From a bacterium (GTDB lineage: Bacteria; Hinthialibacterota; Hinthialibacteria; Hinthialibacterales; Hinthialibacteraceae): a stretch of 54,746 bases of DNA. The position numbers and the translations under genes were made by a program. The stretch covers positions 1 through 54,746 of the forward strand of contig JBHGBC010000019.1 of assembly GCA_041946805.1 (NCBI GenBank). Reading direction: 5' to 3'. How positions within the stretch are numbered: the stretch's first letter is position 1; the number at the start of each line of letters is the position of its first letter. Positions 11,590 to 20,534 of the stretch are shown here, in pieces. The notes beneath the pieces are model-generated. The model was given only the letters and a program-made list of their open reading frames with translations. It did not search any database and had not been told where the DNA came from.

Positions 11590-14142
11590 TCAGCCCAAGA
11601 GCGAAAGGAATCCTTGGCTCTGGAAGTTCGCTTGCGCCAAGACCGAAATACCGGCCTGGATGAGGACTTGGTTCTTGGTGAAGTCGCTCGACTCGCGGGC
11701 GAGATCGGTGTCCCGGATACGGGACTCGGACGCCGTCAGGTTTTCCGACGAGACGCTCAGGTTGGAGATGGTCGACTCGAGCCGGTTGGTGACCGCGCCC
11801 AGGATGGAACGGGTCTTGTTCACCTGGTTGAGGGCTTCATCCACGATCTTGATGGCGAGGTTGGCGCCCTCGACGGTGGTGACGTCGATATCGGAGATCG
11901 TTTGTCCGCTGCCGCGGCCGAAGCCGAGGTTTTGGGCGGTGAGGTCGCCGATGCTGGCCCGGAACGCCTGATAGGCTTGCGCGCCGACATGGAAGTTGAG
12001 GGACGAGTTCACCGTGGAGATGATGAGCGTCCGGCCCGTGTCGGGCAGCCCGTCCTTGCGGGCGGTGACGTCGACGACGTTGTCGAAATCGATGGTCACG
12101 AAGCGCGCCACACCTTTGTCGCCGCCGCTGGTCCCGTCGATGAAGACCACATCCTGGTCGCCGTTCATGAAGTTGACCGCCGGCCCGCCGTTCAACGTGC
12201 CGCGGAACTGTGAGGGAGTGGCCTCCAGTTTGTCAATCCCGCTCGAGAAGCCGCTGCCCACACGCATGGTCATTTGCGGCTGGGGCACGCCCTCGATCGT
12301 GGATTTCTTGCCGAACAGGGTGATCACGTCGCCGGCCTCGGCCCGCACTTCCTCTCCGCCGTTGATGGAGAAGGTGGCCGATTCCGCGAAGCCCTCGCGG
12401 GTTAGCACCGCCTTGTCCTGGAAGGTGAAGTTGGGGCGGGTGATGTCGGTCGGATCGCGTTGGAAGGTCAAGGTGAACGAAGTCTGCGAGTCCGAACGGC
12501 CGATGTCATCCACCAGTTGCAACACCCCCGAGGAAGTGAACGTAAACATGGCGTCTTCGAACCGCGTCTGAACCCCGTCGCTGATCGAGGAGCCCACCGC
12601 GAAGTCCCGGGTGCGGTAGTTGAGTTCCTTGATCAATCCCGAGATGGTGCCGAACTGGAAGTCGTTCAAGTCGGTATCCAGCGTCGAAACCCCATCCAGT
12701 TCCTTGAATGTATAGGTGCCTTCAAAGGTCGAACCGTCGGCGTTGGTCCCGCGCAGGGTGATGGTGTCGCCATCCAGGAGGGTGGTTCCACCGGTGTAGA
12801 TGCCGCCCACGAAGGTTCCGTTGACCACCAGGGAACGCGAGCCCGCGGAGGTGGTGGCGGTGCCGCCGATGGAGACCGTCCGGTTGATGACCGAGCCGCT
12901 GGCGTCGCGGAAGGCGATGGTGCTTTCCACTTGCCGTTGCTGCGCCGTCTGCACATCCTGGACCATGATGTCGAACTGCCCCACGCTAAAGGTGGAGCCG
13001 GTGATGGCGGTGATGGAGTTGCCCACCTGGCCCGCGCCGGTCAGCATGGAATCCACCCCGATCGCGCCCGAACGGGTCACGCCCTTGGCTTGGGTGACGA
13101 CGTTCTCGCCGCGCACGAGGGTGATGTCGATGCTCGACTGGTTGATATAGTTCCCCTGGCTTTGCAGCTCCAGCCGCCCCAGATTGGCGCCCGCGCCCAA
13201 CGCCACCGTCGTCCGGTAGGCGTCGGGAATATCGGCGGTGCTGTTCACCCCGAACAAGGCCTTCTCGGCGTTGTCGATGGCGGACTGGATCGAAGTCACC
13301 AATCCGTCCAGATCCTCGGCCGCGCCGATGCTGAACGCGCCGGAGAATTTGGTCACGCCGTCGGCCAGCACGCCGGTGAAGATCATCGTGTCGGTGCCAT
13401 CACCGGAAATGCTGACGCCGTTGAAGAACGCCCCGCCCAGGGCCGTCCCGCCAGCGATCGCGCCGGTGTCAAACAGCGCGTTCACTCCGAAATGGGCCAT
13501 GGTCACGGCGGTGTCTTTTTGGTTCATGAGGCCCGTGTTGAGGACCTGGGGGGAACCGGCCGTGTCCCCGGCGATGATCTGGTTGCTCCCTTCCTTCACC
13601 TTGACGATGTTCAGGAACGACTTGCCGCTGGCCAGGGTGCTGGCCACGGGGGAAGCGTCCACGGTGACGCCAATGTTCTCCTGGCCCGCGATCGTGAACG
13701 ACTGTATGGAAAAGTCGCCGTTGAGCAGGTAATTGCTCGCGAACTGGGTGGTATTGGCGATTCGAGTGACTTCGTCAATACTCTGGAAAATTTCATCCTG
13801 GATGGCCCGCCGCGCCTTGAGGTCGTTGACCGCCGTGTTGGCGGCCTGGATCGACAGCTGGCGGATGCGGTTGAGCCGGGTCGTGGTCTCATCCAAGGCC
13901 CCTTCCGCCACGTTCACCAGGTTGATGCCGTCGGAGGCGTTGGTGACCGCCTGGTTCAATCCTTGCACCTGGGTGCGCAGGTTGTTGGCCACCACCATGC
14001 CCGCCGCGTCGTCGCTGGCACGGTTGATGCGCAAGCCCGACGACAGCCGTTCGATCGACTTTTGCAGCGCCCGGCCGGTCTTGTCCAGGTTCCGGTTCGC
14101 GTTGATGGCTGAAATGTTGTTGACAACTCGGGAAATACTCAT
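11590..14142 (-). CDS. fliC: flagellin 1 (850 aa, giant)
   Basis: N-terminal IERLSSGLRINRASDDAAG; C-terminal LGAVTNRLE...ENLTASESRIRDTDLA...LAQAN; long central region; SD AAGGAGG. Confidence 0.97.
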   Translation of the reverse strand: MSISRVVNNISAINANRNLDKTGRALQKSIERLSSGLRINRASDDAAGMVVANNLRTQVQGLNQAVTNASDGINLVNVAEGALDETTTRLNRIRQLSIQAANTAVNDLKARRAIQDEIFQSIDEVTRIANTTQFASNYLLNGDFSIQSFTIAGQENIGVTVDASPVASTLASGKSFLNIVKVKEGSNQIIAGDTAGSPQVLNTGLMNQKDTAVTMAHFGVNALFDTGAIAGGTALGGAFFNGVSISGDGTDTMIFTGVLADGVTKFSGAFSIGAAEDLDGLVTSIQSAIDNAEKALFGVNSTADIPDAYRTTVALGAGANLGRLELQSQGNYINQSSIDITLVRGENVVTQAKGVTRSGAIGVDSMLTGAGQVGNSITAITGSTFSVGQFDIMVQDVQTAQQRQVESTIAFRDASGSVINRTVSIGGTATTSAGSRSLVVNGTFVGGIYTGGTTLLDGDTITLRGTNADGSTFEGTYTFKELDGVSTLDTDLNDFQFGTISGLIKELNYRTRDFAVGSSISDGVQTRFEDAMFTFTSSGVLQLVDDIGRSDSQTSFTLTFQRDPTDITRPNFTFQDKAVLTREGFAESATFSINGGEEVRAEAGDVITLFGKKSTIEGVPQPQMTMRVGSGFSSGIDKLEATPSQFRGTLNGGPAVNFMNGDQDVVFIDGTSGGDKGVARFVTIDFDNVVDVTARKDGLPDTGRTLIISTVNSSLNFHVGAQAYQAFRASIGDLTAQNLGFGRGSGQTISDIDVTTVEGANLAIKIVDEALNQVNKTRSILGAVTNRLESTISNLSVSSENLTASESRIRDTDLARESSDFTKNQVLIQAGISVLAQANFQSQGFLSLLG
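13751..13781. other. imperfect palindrome embedded in flagellin 1 CDS (copy 1)
   Basis: GTATTGGCGA-N11-TCGTCAATAC; near-identical copy at 18531-18561. Confidence 0.7.
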
Positions 14143-14168
14143 GCTTCTTCCTCCTTGAAAATCGCATC

Positions 14169-14182
14169 CGGCATCCCTGCCG
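14169..14182 (-). promoter_or_regulatory. CsrA/RsmA-type GGA hairpin in flagellin 1 leader
   Basis: mRNA CGGCA-GGGA-UGCCG, 26 nt upstream of the ATG; a second ANGGA lies in the SD (UUCAAGGAGGAA). Confidence 0.75.
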
Positions 14183-14529
14183 AATGGAGCGGGCCATGGG
14201 TGCGATGCGGTCCGCGTGGGGTGCGATTAAATGGTGGAATATCTTTCTTCCGGAAGAACCGGACCCGGCATCTCCTTCCGCGTGTGCGAGACGCGGAGGG
14301 AGTGGTCCCGGTCCCGGATTCCCTCCCGAAAAGTGGGGGATATCCGCCCCGGTTGTCCATCAAGGAACCCGCCCATGCTCTCCAGGGTGGCAGCCTAGGG
14401 CGCCGCGCGGGCGCCGATGGGTTATGTAATGATTCGCTACCGGTGTGTCCCTCCCTTCTGGTTTTAATGCGATACAAATCGTTATAATTATTTACACTAG
14501 GATGCCAGAACTATGGCGGTTAATCCGTA

Positions 14530-14557
14530 ATATCGTCCATCCTCTTTGAAATCTTGA
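14530..14557 (-). promoter_or_regulatory. putative sigma28 promoter of flagellin 1
   Basis: Minus strand TCAAGATT-N12-GACGATAT; shares TCAAGAT with the flagellin 3 promoter; spacing is 1 nt longer than consensus. Confidence 0.5.
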
Positions 14558-14799
14558 GCGGTTTCCCCAGCGATTTCCCGGCGGTTTTTCATTCCTTTCG
14601 GGCGGGAATCACGATCCGGAAATCCACGGCCAGGGCCTCTCCACACAGGTTCGCGCCCACTCCCGGCGCTGATCCCCGCGCGGCTTCCTCCCGCGCCCCT
14701 GCGGCGCGCAAGTCCTTGATTCCGTGGAAGTAAGCAAATCCCTATCCCACCCGGTCACCCAGGCAAGGAGTGAATCCCCTCCCTTTATGCAATATTTTT

Positions 14800-16044
14800 T
14801 TACAACATGGAACTCAGATGTTGACAAACGACCTCGCCCGACTTCACGATCGCCTCGCACAACGCCGCGGCCTCCGGCGGAGTGAAAAACCGCGCGAAAT
14901 AATCGGCGCCGGTCATGAAGATCATCTTGTCGTTGTAGTAATACCGTTCGATCACGGGCAGCGTTCCCAGGCCGGGTAGTTTCGCTCCCGTCCGCAGCAG
15001 GTCATATAACTGGAAGTCGTTTTTGAGAATGTCGAAGATACGCCCCAGCGTGACGTTCCAGTCCTCCCCGAGCGTTTGCCGGAGTGTGTCCACTTCCTGC
15101 ACGAACAATAAGCACGCGCCGCAGACATCGCGGAGGATGGCCAGTTCCATCCCGTGCTGGCGTAAAGCCGCGCGCGCTTCGTCGCGAAATCCGGGCCGCG
15201 CCTGCCACTGGGCCAGGTAGGTCTCAAGGAAACCCGCCGCCCAGGCCCAGTAGTAATTGCGTTGAAAACGGTACAGTGCGTGTTCCCACACGTTGCGGGG
15301 CACCAGCTGGGCAGGATCGGCGCCGGGCTGGGGATCGATGGGCGTGAAGAGGCACCGGATTTTGCCGCATACTTCGGCCGCGTGGTTGGTGAATCCCGTC
15401 TTGTACAACGCGAAGACCAGGCTTTGGAACGGAAAGGCGCAAACTTCCTCGCTGGTGAGGCAGATCTTTTTGTAACGGGGGAATGCCAGGGGATTCGGCG
15501 TTTCCACCAGCAGCGCGCCGTCCGGTTTCAGATGCCGGCGCAATCGGGCCAGCAACTCCAGGGGCCGGGCCGTGGCTCCCAGGACATCACAACAAAAGAT
15601 CAGGTCGAAAGTTTCGTTTTCATCCAAGTTTTCCGCCTCCGGGGGGGGCGGAGACCCAGCCTCCGGCGTCAGGAACCTCGCCGGCAAGGCGCGGATGGTC
15701 CACCCCTGTTGCGCAAGCGGTTCCTCGAACCGCTTTTTCCTGGCGAAGACCTCCAGCGCCCGGCCCGGGGACTGGGCGAACCGGGTGAATTGCCGGAGCC
15801 ATTCCAGGGTTTCCTGGGCGGGCAGATCCGGATCACCGGGACCTTCCCAGCCGAAGAGCAGGAGGTCGCCGGCCGCGGGCGCCGCGGCGGGGGGATTTTG
15901 AAAGAGCGAGGCGCAGCGGCGGCAGATGGAGAAATGGGTTTGGGTGTCCATCGCCCACTGGCGCAGCAGTTTGTCTTCTTTTTCCCAGTACCAGAAGGAT
16001 TGATGCTCCGGGCTTTGGCAGACCGGACAGCGGATATTGGACAT
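14800..16044 (-). CDS. Zn-finger plus class I SAM-methyltransferase-like protein
   Basis: CPVC...CRRC N-terminus; FDLIFCCDVLG...LKPDGALLVETPN typical of Methyltransf_11/23; SAM motif I degenerate (ALEVFARK); AGGAG RBS. Confidence 0.75.
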   Translation of the reverse strand: MSNIRCPVCQSPEHQSFWYWEKEDKLLRQWAMDTQTHFSICRRCASLFQNPPAAAPAAGDLLLFGWEGPGDPDLPAQETLEWLRQFTRFAQSPGRALEVFARKKRFEEPLAQQGWTIRALPARFLTPEAGSPPPPEAENLDENETFDLIFCCDVLGATARPLELLARLRRHLKPDGALLVETPNPLAFPRYKKICLTSEEVCAFPFQSLVFALYKTGFTNHAAEVCGKIRCLFTPIDPQPGADPAQLVPRNVWEHALYRFQRNYYWAWAAGFLETYLAQWQARPGFRDEARAALRQHGMELAILRDVCGACLLFVQEVDTLRQTLGEDWNVTLGRIFDILKNDFQLYDLLRTGAKLPGLGTLPVIERYYYNDKMIFMTGADYFARFFTPPEAAALCEAIVKSGEVVCQHLSSML

Positions 16045-16372
16045 GGATCGTTCTCCTAATTTGATTCGTAGATTCGCCGGGTGGGCTCAAAGCACGGCAT
16101 AGCCCACCACTACTACACTCCTAGATCTTACAATTTCATTCCTCCTCTATATCCCCTCTCTCTGGGAGAGATCCAGGGTGGGGGAATTCTCATAGGTGCG
16201 GCCGGCGGCATGCCCCTTCTTTGCAGCGGCATTGCCCACCAATTCCATCCTGTTAGATCATGCAATCCCCTCCCTCCTCTATTTCCCCTCTCCCTCTGAG
16301 ACTGGGCCAGGGTAAGGGATTGATCACGGGGGCACGTGGCAACATACGCCTGCCTTCCCATAAAATCCGGTA

Positions 16373-18922
16373 TCATTGCAACAGCGTCAACAGGCTTTGG
16401 GGCAGAAAGTTGGCCTGGGCGAGCACCGAGACTCCCGCCTGCAGCAACACCTGGCCTTGGGTGAAGGCGGACGACTCGCGGGCAAGGTCCACATCCCGCA
16501 GGCGGGATTCGGCGTTGAGCAGGTTTTCGGATGCGACGCTCAGGTTGGCAACGGTTCCCTCGAGGCGGTTGGTGGCCGCGCCCAACAGGGACCGGGTGCG
16601 ATTGATCTGGTCCAGGGCTTTGTCGACAATGATCAGGGCTTCGTTGGCCCCCTCGATGGTGGTGATGTCGATGTCGTTGATCGTGCGGCCACCGCCCGGC
16701 CCGTAACCCAGGTAATCGGCGGACAGGTTGCCGATGCTGGTGCGGAAATTCTGATCCGCGAAGGCGCCGATTTGGAAGTTCATGGAGCGGTTGACCGCCG
16801 AGATGATGAGGGTCGTGCCCGGATCGGACTGGCCGGCCCCCGAGGCGGTGATGTCGATCACCGCGTCGAAATCCACCGTCAGCATCCGCGCGATGCCCCC
16901 CTTGGAGTCATCAATGAACACCACATCCTGCGCGCCGTTCTGGAAAGTGACTTTCGGCCCCCCGTTCAGCTGCCCTTCGTATTCCTTCGCCTCCACCTCC
17001 AGGTAATCCGTCCCGACCGCCAGGTTGGAGCCGAGGCGGAAAATGACCTCGTCCCGCACGTCGCCCGGCCGCGTGGGCTCGGGCCCCACGTAGTGGATCA
17101 TCTCCCCGGCCGTGGCGCGGATGGCTTGGCCGCCGTTGATGCGGACGGTGGCCGATTCGGCGAAGCCTTCCTGGACCAGCCGTCCGGCATCGGCGATGGT
17201 GTAACTGGGCGTGGTGTCCGCGCCGCTGTCGTTGAAGATCAAGGTGAAGGCCAACTGCGAATCGTTGCGGCCCAGGTCATCGACGAGCTGCAGCGTGCCC
17301 TGGGCGGAAAGGGTGAACACCGCCGATTCGAAGCGCGTCTGCGTGCCATCCGTCACGGACCCGCCGGAATAGAAGCGCGTGCGGTAGTTGAGTTCCTGAA
17401 TGAGGCCCGACATGGTGGCAAACTGGAAATCGTTGAGGGCGGCGTCGGCGGCCGCGGTCCGGCTGAACGTGTAGGTGGCCTCGAAGGTGGTTCCGTCGGC
17501 CTCGCTCCCGCGCAGGGTTAGGGTGTCGCCGTCACTGATGGAGACTCCCGCGGTGTAGACGCCGTTGACGAACGAACCGTTCAGGAACAGGCCGTTGGCG
17601 CTGCCCACCAGGCTGGCCGTGCGGCTGATGATGGATCCCCCGCGGTTGCGGAAAAGGACCGAGTTCTCCAGGATCCGGTTTTGCGCGCCCTGCACGTCCT
17701 GCACTTCGATCAGGAACCGCCCGGTGTCGAAGGTCGAGCCGGTGATAGCGGTCACCGCGTTGCCGACTTGGCCTTGGCCCTGGAGGGAGGAACTGGTCCC
17801 GATGGGACCTGAACGGGTGACACCCGCGGCCTGGGTCACCAGCGTGCCGTTGCGGACCAGGTTGAGGTTGATCGAGGCGAGGTTGACAGTCTCCACCTCG
17901 TTGAACATCATCAGCCGGCCGGCGTTGTCTCCCGTTTCCGCCAAGGTGACGGCCGTGCGGTAGGTGGCGGGGACATCGGCGGGGGCGGCCGCGCCGAAGA
18001 GGGCCATCTCCGCGTTGTCGATGGCGCGGTTGATCAGCCCCAGCAGGCGGGTGGCGCTGCCGGTCATCGTCGAGTCGCCGAAGGTGGCGCCCGCCGAGGC
18101 GCTGAGCACGCCGCTGAACTGGGTCACGCCGTCGGCCAGGACGCCGGTGAAGGTGATCTGGTCGCCGTCGGCGATGGAGACGCCGTTGAAGAAGCCGCCG
18201 CTGCCCAGGGTCATGGCGGTGGTGGCGGCGGTTCCGTTCAAACCGAGGGTGCTGGAAAACCGGGCCAAGCTCACGGCAATGTCCGACTGATTGCGGACGC
18301 CGGTGTGCATGGTGAAGGACTGGCCGTCCTTCCCCAGGCCGGGCAGCATGACCTGGTGGCCTTTCTTGGTTTGAACGATATTCAGAAAATGGGTCCCGCT
18401 GTCCAGGGTGTTGGAACTGGGGCCCGTGTCGATCCGTATGCCATAACTCTCTCCCCGGTCCTGGCCGGGTTTCATCGCGGTCTGGACGCTGAAGTCGCCG
18501 TTCAGCAGATGATTGGTGTTGTACATCGTGGTATTGGCGATTCGAGTGATCTCGTCAATACTCTGGAACACCTCATCCTGCAACGCTTGCCGGGCCTGCA
18601 TGTCGTTGACGCCCGTGTTGGCGGCCTGGATGGCCAGCACACGGATCCGGTCCAGGCGGAGGGTCATTTCCTCCAGCGAGCCTTCCGCCACGTTGATGAC
18701 GTTGATGCCGTCCTCGGCGTTCATGACCGCCCGGTCCAAGCCCCGCACCTGGGCGCGCAGGCGGGTGGCGATGGTCATGCCCGCCGCGTCATCGCCGGCG
18801 CGGTTGATCCGCAGGCCGGACGACAGGCGCTCGATGGACTTTTGCACCTGGCGGCCGGAACGTTCCAGGTTCCGGTTCGCGTTGAGAGCGGCCACGTTGT
18901 TGTTGACTCTCGTGATACTCAT
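16373..18922 (-). CDS. fliC: flagellin 2 (849 aa, giant)
   Basis: MSITRVNNN...IERLSSGLRINRAGDDAAG; C-terminal NRLEGTVANL...ESRLRDVDLA; ATG 18922 with GGAGG SD. Confidence 0.97.
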   Translation of the reverse strand: MSITRVNNNVAALNANRNLERSGRQVQKSIERLSSGLRINRAGDDAAGMTIATRLRAQVRGLDRAVMNAEDGINVINVAEGSLEEMTLRLDRIRVLAIQAANTGVNDMQARQALQDEVFQSIDEITRIANTTMYNTNHLLNGDFSVQTAMKPGQDRGESYGIRIDTGPSSNTLDSGTHFLNIVQTKKGHQVMLPGLGKDGQSFTMHTGVRNQSDIAVSLARFSSTLGLNGTAATTAMTLGSGGFFNGVSIADGDQITFTGVLADGVTQFSGVLSASAGATFGDSTMTGSATRLLGLINRAIDNAEMALFGAAAPADVPATYRTAVTLAETGDNAGRLMMFNEVETVNLASINLNLVRNGTLVTQAAGVTRSGPIGTSSSLQGQGQVGNAVTAITGSTFDTGRFLIEVQDVQGAQNRILENSVLFRNRGGSIISRTASLVGSANGLFLNGSFVNGVYTAGVSISDGDTLTLRGSEADGTTFEATYTFSRTAAADAALNDFQFATMSGLIQELNYRTRFYSGGSVTDGTQTRFESAVFTLSAQGTLQLVDDLGRNDSQLAFTLIFNDSGADTTPSYTIADAGRLVQEGFAESATVRINGGQAIRATAGEMIHYVGPEPTRPGDVRDEVIFRLGSNLAVGTDYLEVEAKEYEGQLNGGPKVTFQNGAQDVVFIDDSKGGIARMLTVDFDAVIDITASGAGQSDPGTTLIISAVNRSMNFQIGAFADQNFRTSIGNLSADYLGYGPGGGRTINDIDITTIEGANEALIIVDKALDQINRTRSLLGAATNRLEGTVANLSVASENLLNAESRLRDVDLARESSAFTQGQVLLQAGVSVLAQANFLPQSLLTLLQ
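18531..18561. other. imperfect palindrome embedded in flagellin 2 CDS (copy 2)
   Basis: GTATTGGCGA-N11-TCGTCAATAC, at the same offset from the start codon as in flagellin 1. Confidence 0.7.
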
Positions 18923-18946
18923 GGTTTTCCTCCGTGAAATGGGTCG

Positions 18947-18964
18947 TCCGGCATCCATGCCGGA
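18947..18964 (-). promoter_or_regulatory. CsrA-type GGA hairpin in flagellin 2 leader
   Basis: mRNA UCCGGCA-UGGA-UGCCGGA, 24 nt upstream of the ATG; SD UUCACGGAGGAA. Confidence 0.8.
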
Positions 18965-19402
18965 GCGTGGGTCTTGAGGCCGAAGCCCCTGATTGACACC
19001 GGCCTGCCGCGCGAGGGTGCTGTCTCCCGCATCTGGGCGGGCGCGGAGGCGTCGAGTGAGCCGCCTCGGCGCGCGTCACCGGGGAGGGCGGGCGCGGCCG
19101 GCGTGGAATCGATTCCGGGTCTTCCGCCGGGAGTGGGTGGAGTTCGGCCGTCAATACCAGACGCGAGCCGGATCGGGAACTGTGGGGTGCTGGATTCCTT
19201 CCTTCCGCCGCGTCCACGGAAAACCGGTTCCGGTTTGGGACTGTGCCAAACTCCATTCACGAGTCGAAGCCATCGTGGACCTCTTCCCCGCCGGTCCCAG
19301 GGAGTTGACCTGGTTCGCCGCGGCCTGCGCCGGACGAAGGCGGGTTATGTGAGGATGTCGAACGTGATGCACTCCTTCGCGGAAATCAAATTAAGTACGG
19401 CT

Positions 19403-19429
19403 TGATCGGGACGGCCTTGGGTGCGATGA
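19403..19429 (-). promoter_or_regulatory. weak candidate sigma28 promoter of flagellin 2
   Basis: Minus strand TCAT-N15-CCCGATCA; several mismatches to consensus. Confidence 0.35.
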
Positions 19430-19479
19430 CAAAATTCAAAATGGGTGCAATAAGCATAAACACAAGGTTTTCGTCTCTT

Positions 19480-19965
19480 CCCTCACCCCAGCCCTCTCCC
19501 AGGGGGAGAGGGAGGTTAATCCAGGGGACCGGGGTGGGGATGGATTACGCGCTACGCGCTAATCCATCCCCCGGCTTGGCCCTATTTGTGGTGCAGGCAT
19601 CTTGCCTGCATGTTTCCTCTCCCATGCCAGGCCGTCATCCCCGCGAACGCGGGGATCCAGGAGGCGGCCGGGTTTACCCTCACCCCAGCCCTCTCCCAGA
19701 GGGAGAGGGAGTAAGATTCGGGTGGCCGTGGTGACGATGGGTTAACCGCTGCGCGCTAACCCATCCTACGGCCTTCTATCTCCTTCCCCAAAGTTTGGGG
19801 AAGATTAGGACAGGGTTGCTTTAACCGCGCCACCCTCCTAGTCATCCATCCCCGATTCTTCCCTGTTCCCCTCCCCTCTGGGGGGTAGGGTGAGGAATCT
19901 TTTTGGTCGCGCGTACGTCCCGCCTGTATGTTTCCTTCCCCCACCGGGGGAGGTTAGGAGGGGAT
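19480..19965. repeat. mosaic cluster of REP-like palindromes
   Basis: Family A (19480, 19677); family B (19634); family C GATGGATTA..TAATCCATC (19536, 19736); TGCAGGCATCTTGCCTGCA (about 19592); CCTTCCCC..GGGGA(A/G)G (about 19782, 19934). Confidence 0.8.
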
Positions 19966-20534
19966 TGATCGTATCCAGCCAACTTCGCTTTTCCGATCAA
20001 CCCTCTCCTAAGGGGTTGCCCCAACATCGGACAACCCCAAACTGATGCCCCATGGAGGACCGGCCCCCTCGGCCGGGAAGCGCCACTCCATCCCGCGGGC
20101 GGAGGAAGAAGTAGAGTAGTCCGCCGGATAGCGTAGTGGACATCGGGTCGCACTCCCGATTTTCCCTGAGCCTCAGCCGTTCCAGTCCGGCTCGCACTTC
20201 CGGAAGAAAACGGACGAGTGATTCGCGTGGCAGTCCAACCTAGGGCATATCATGGTTTTCGAGTTTCGAAACGATATCCTTTCTCTGGATTACGCATCGA
20301 GGCCGCGTTCAAGCCGCCTCATCCATTCAAGGGATCCACCGGTCTGGACCGGGCATCCCTTCAAGGGATGAAGATCATTGCTGCTCATTCCACTGGGCGA
20401 TTGATTCTCCTTTTTCCTTTCTCCTTTTTCCTTTTGCCTTATCATTCCGCCCCGGGGCGGGGAGGCGGAGCAGGCGGTCCCCGCCCCGGAGACCTCGATT
20501 CTGTGACCATGCGGAAGAGTCTACGCAGCTGGAA

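Noticed and set aside
14143..14520. c-di-GMP riboswitch or sigma54 promoter in the flagellin 1 leader
   Set aside because: No GGCAAA..GACGCAAA core; TGGCAT..GTGT has the wrong spacing and the wrong -12 base.
19480..19965. CRISPR array
   Set aside because: Repeats are heterogeneous and irregularly spaced; no cas genes.
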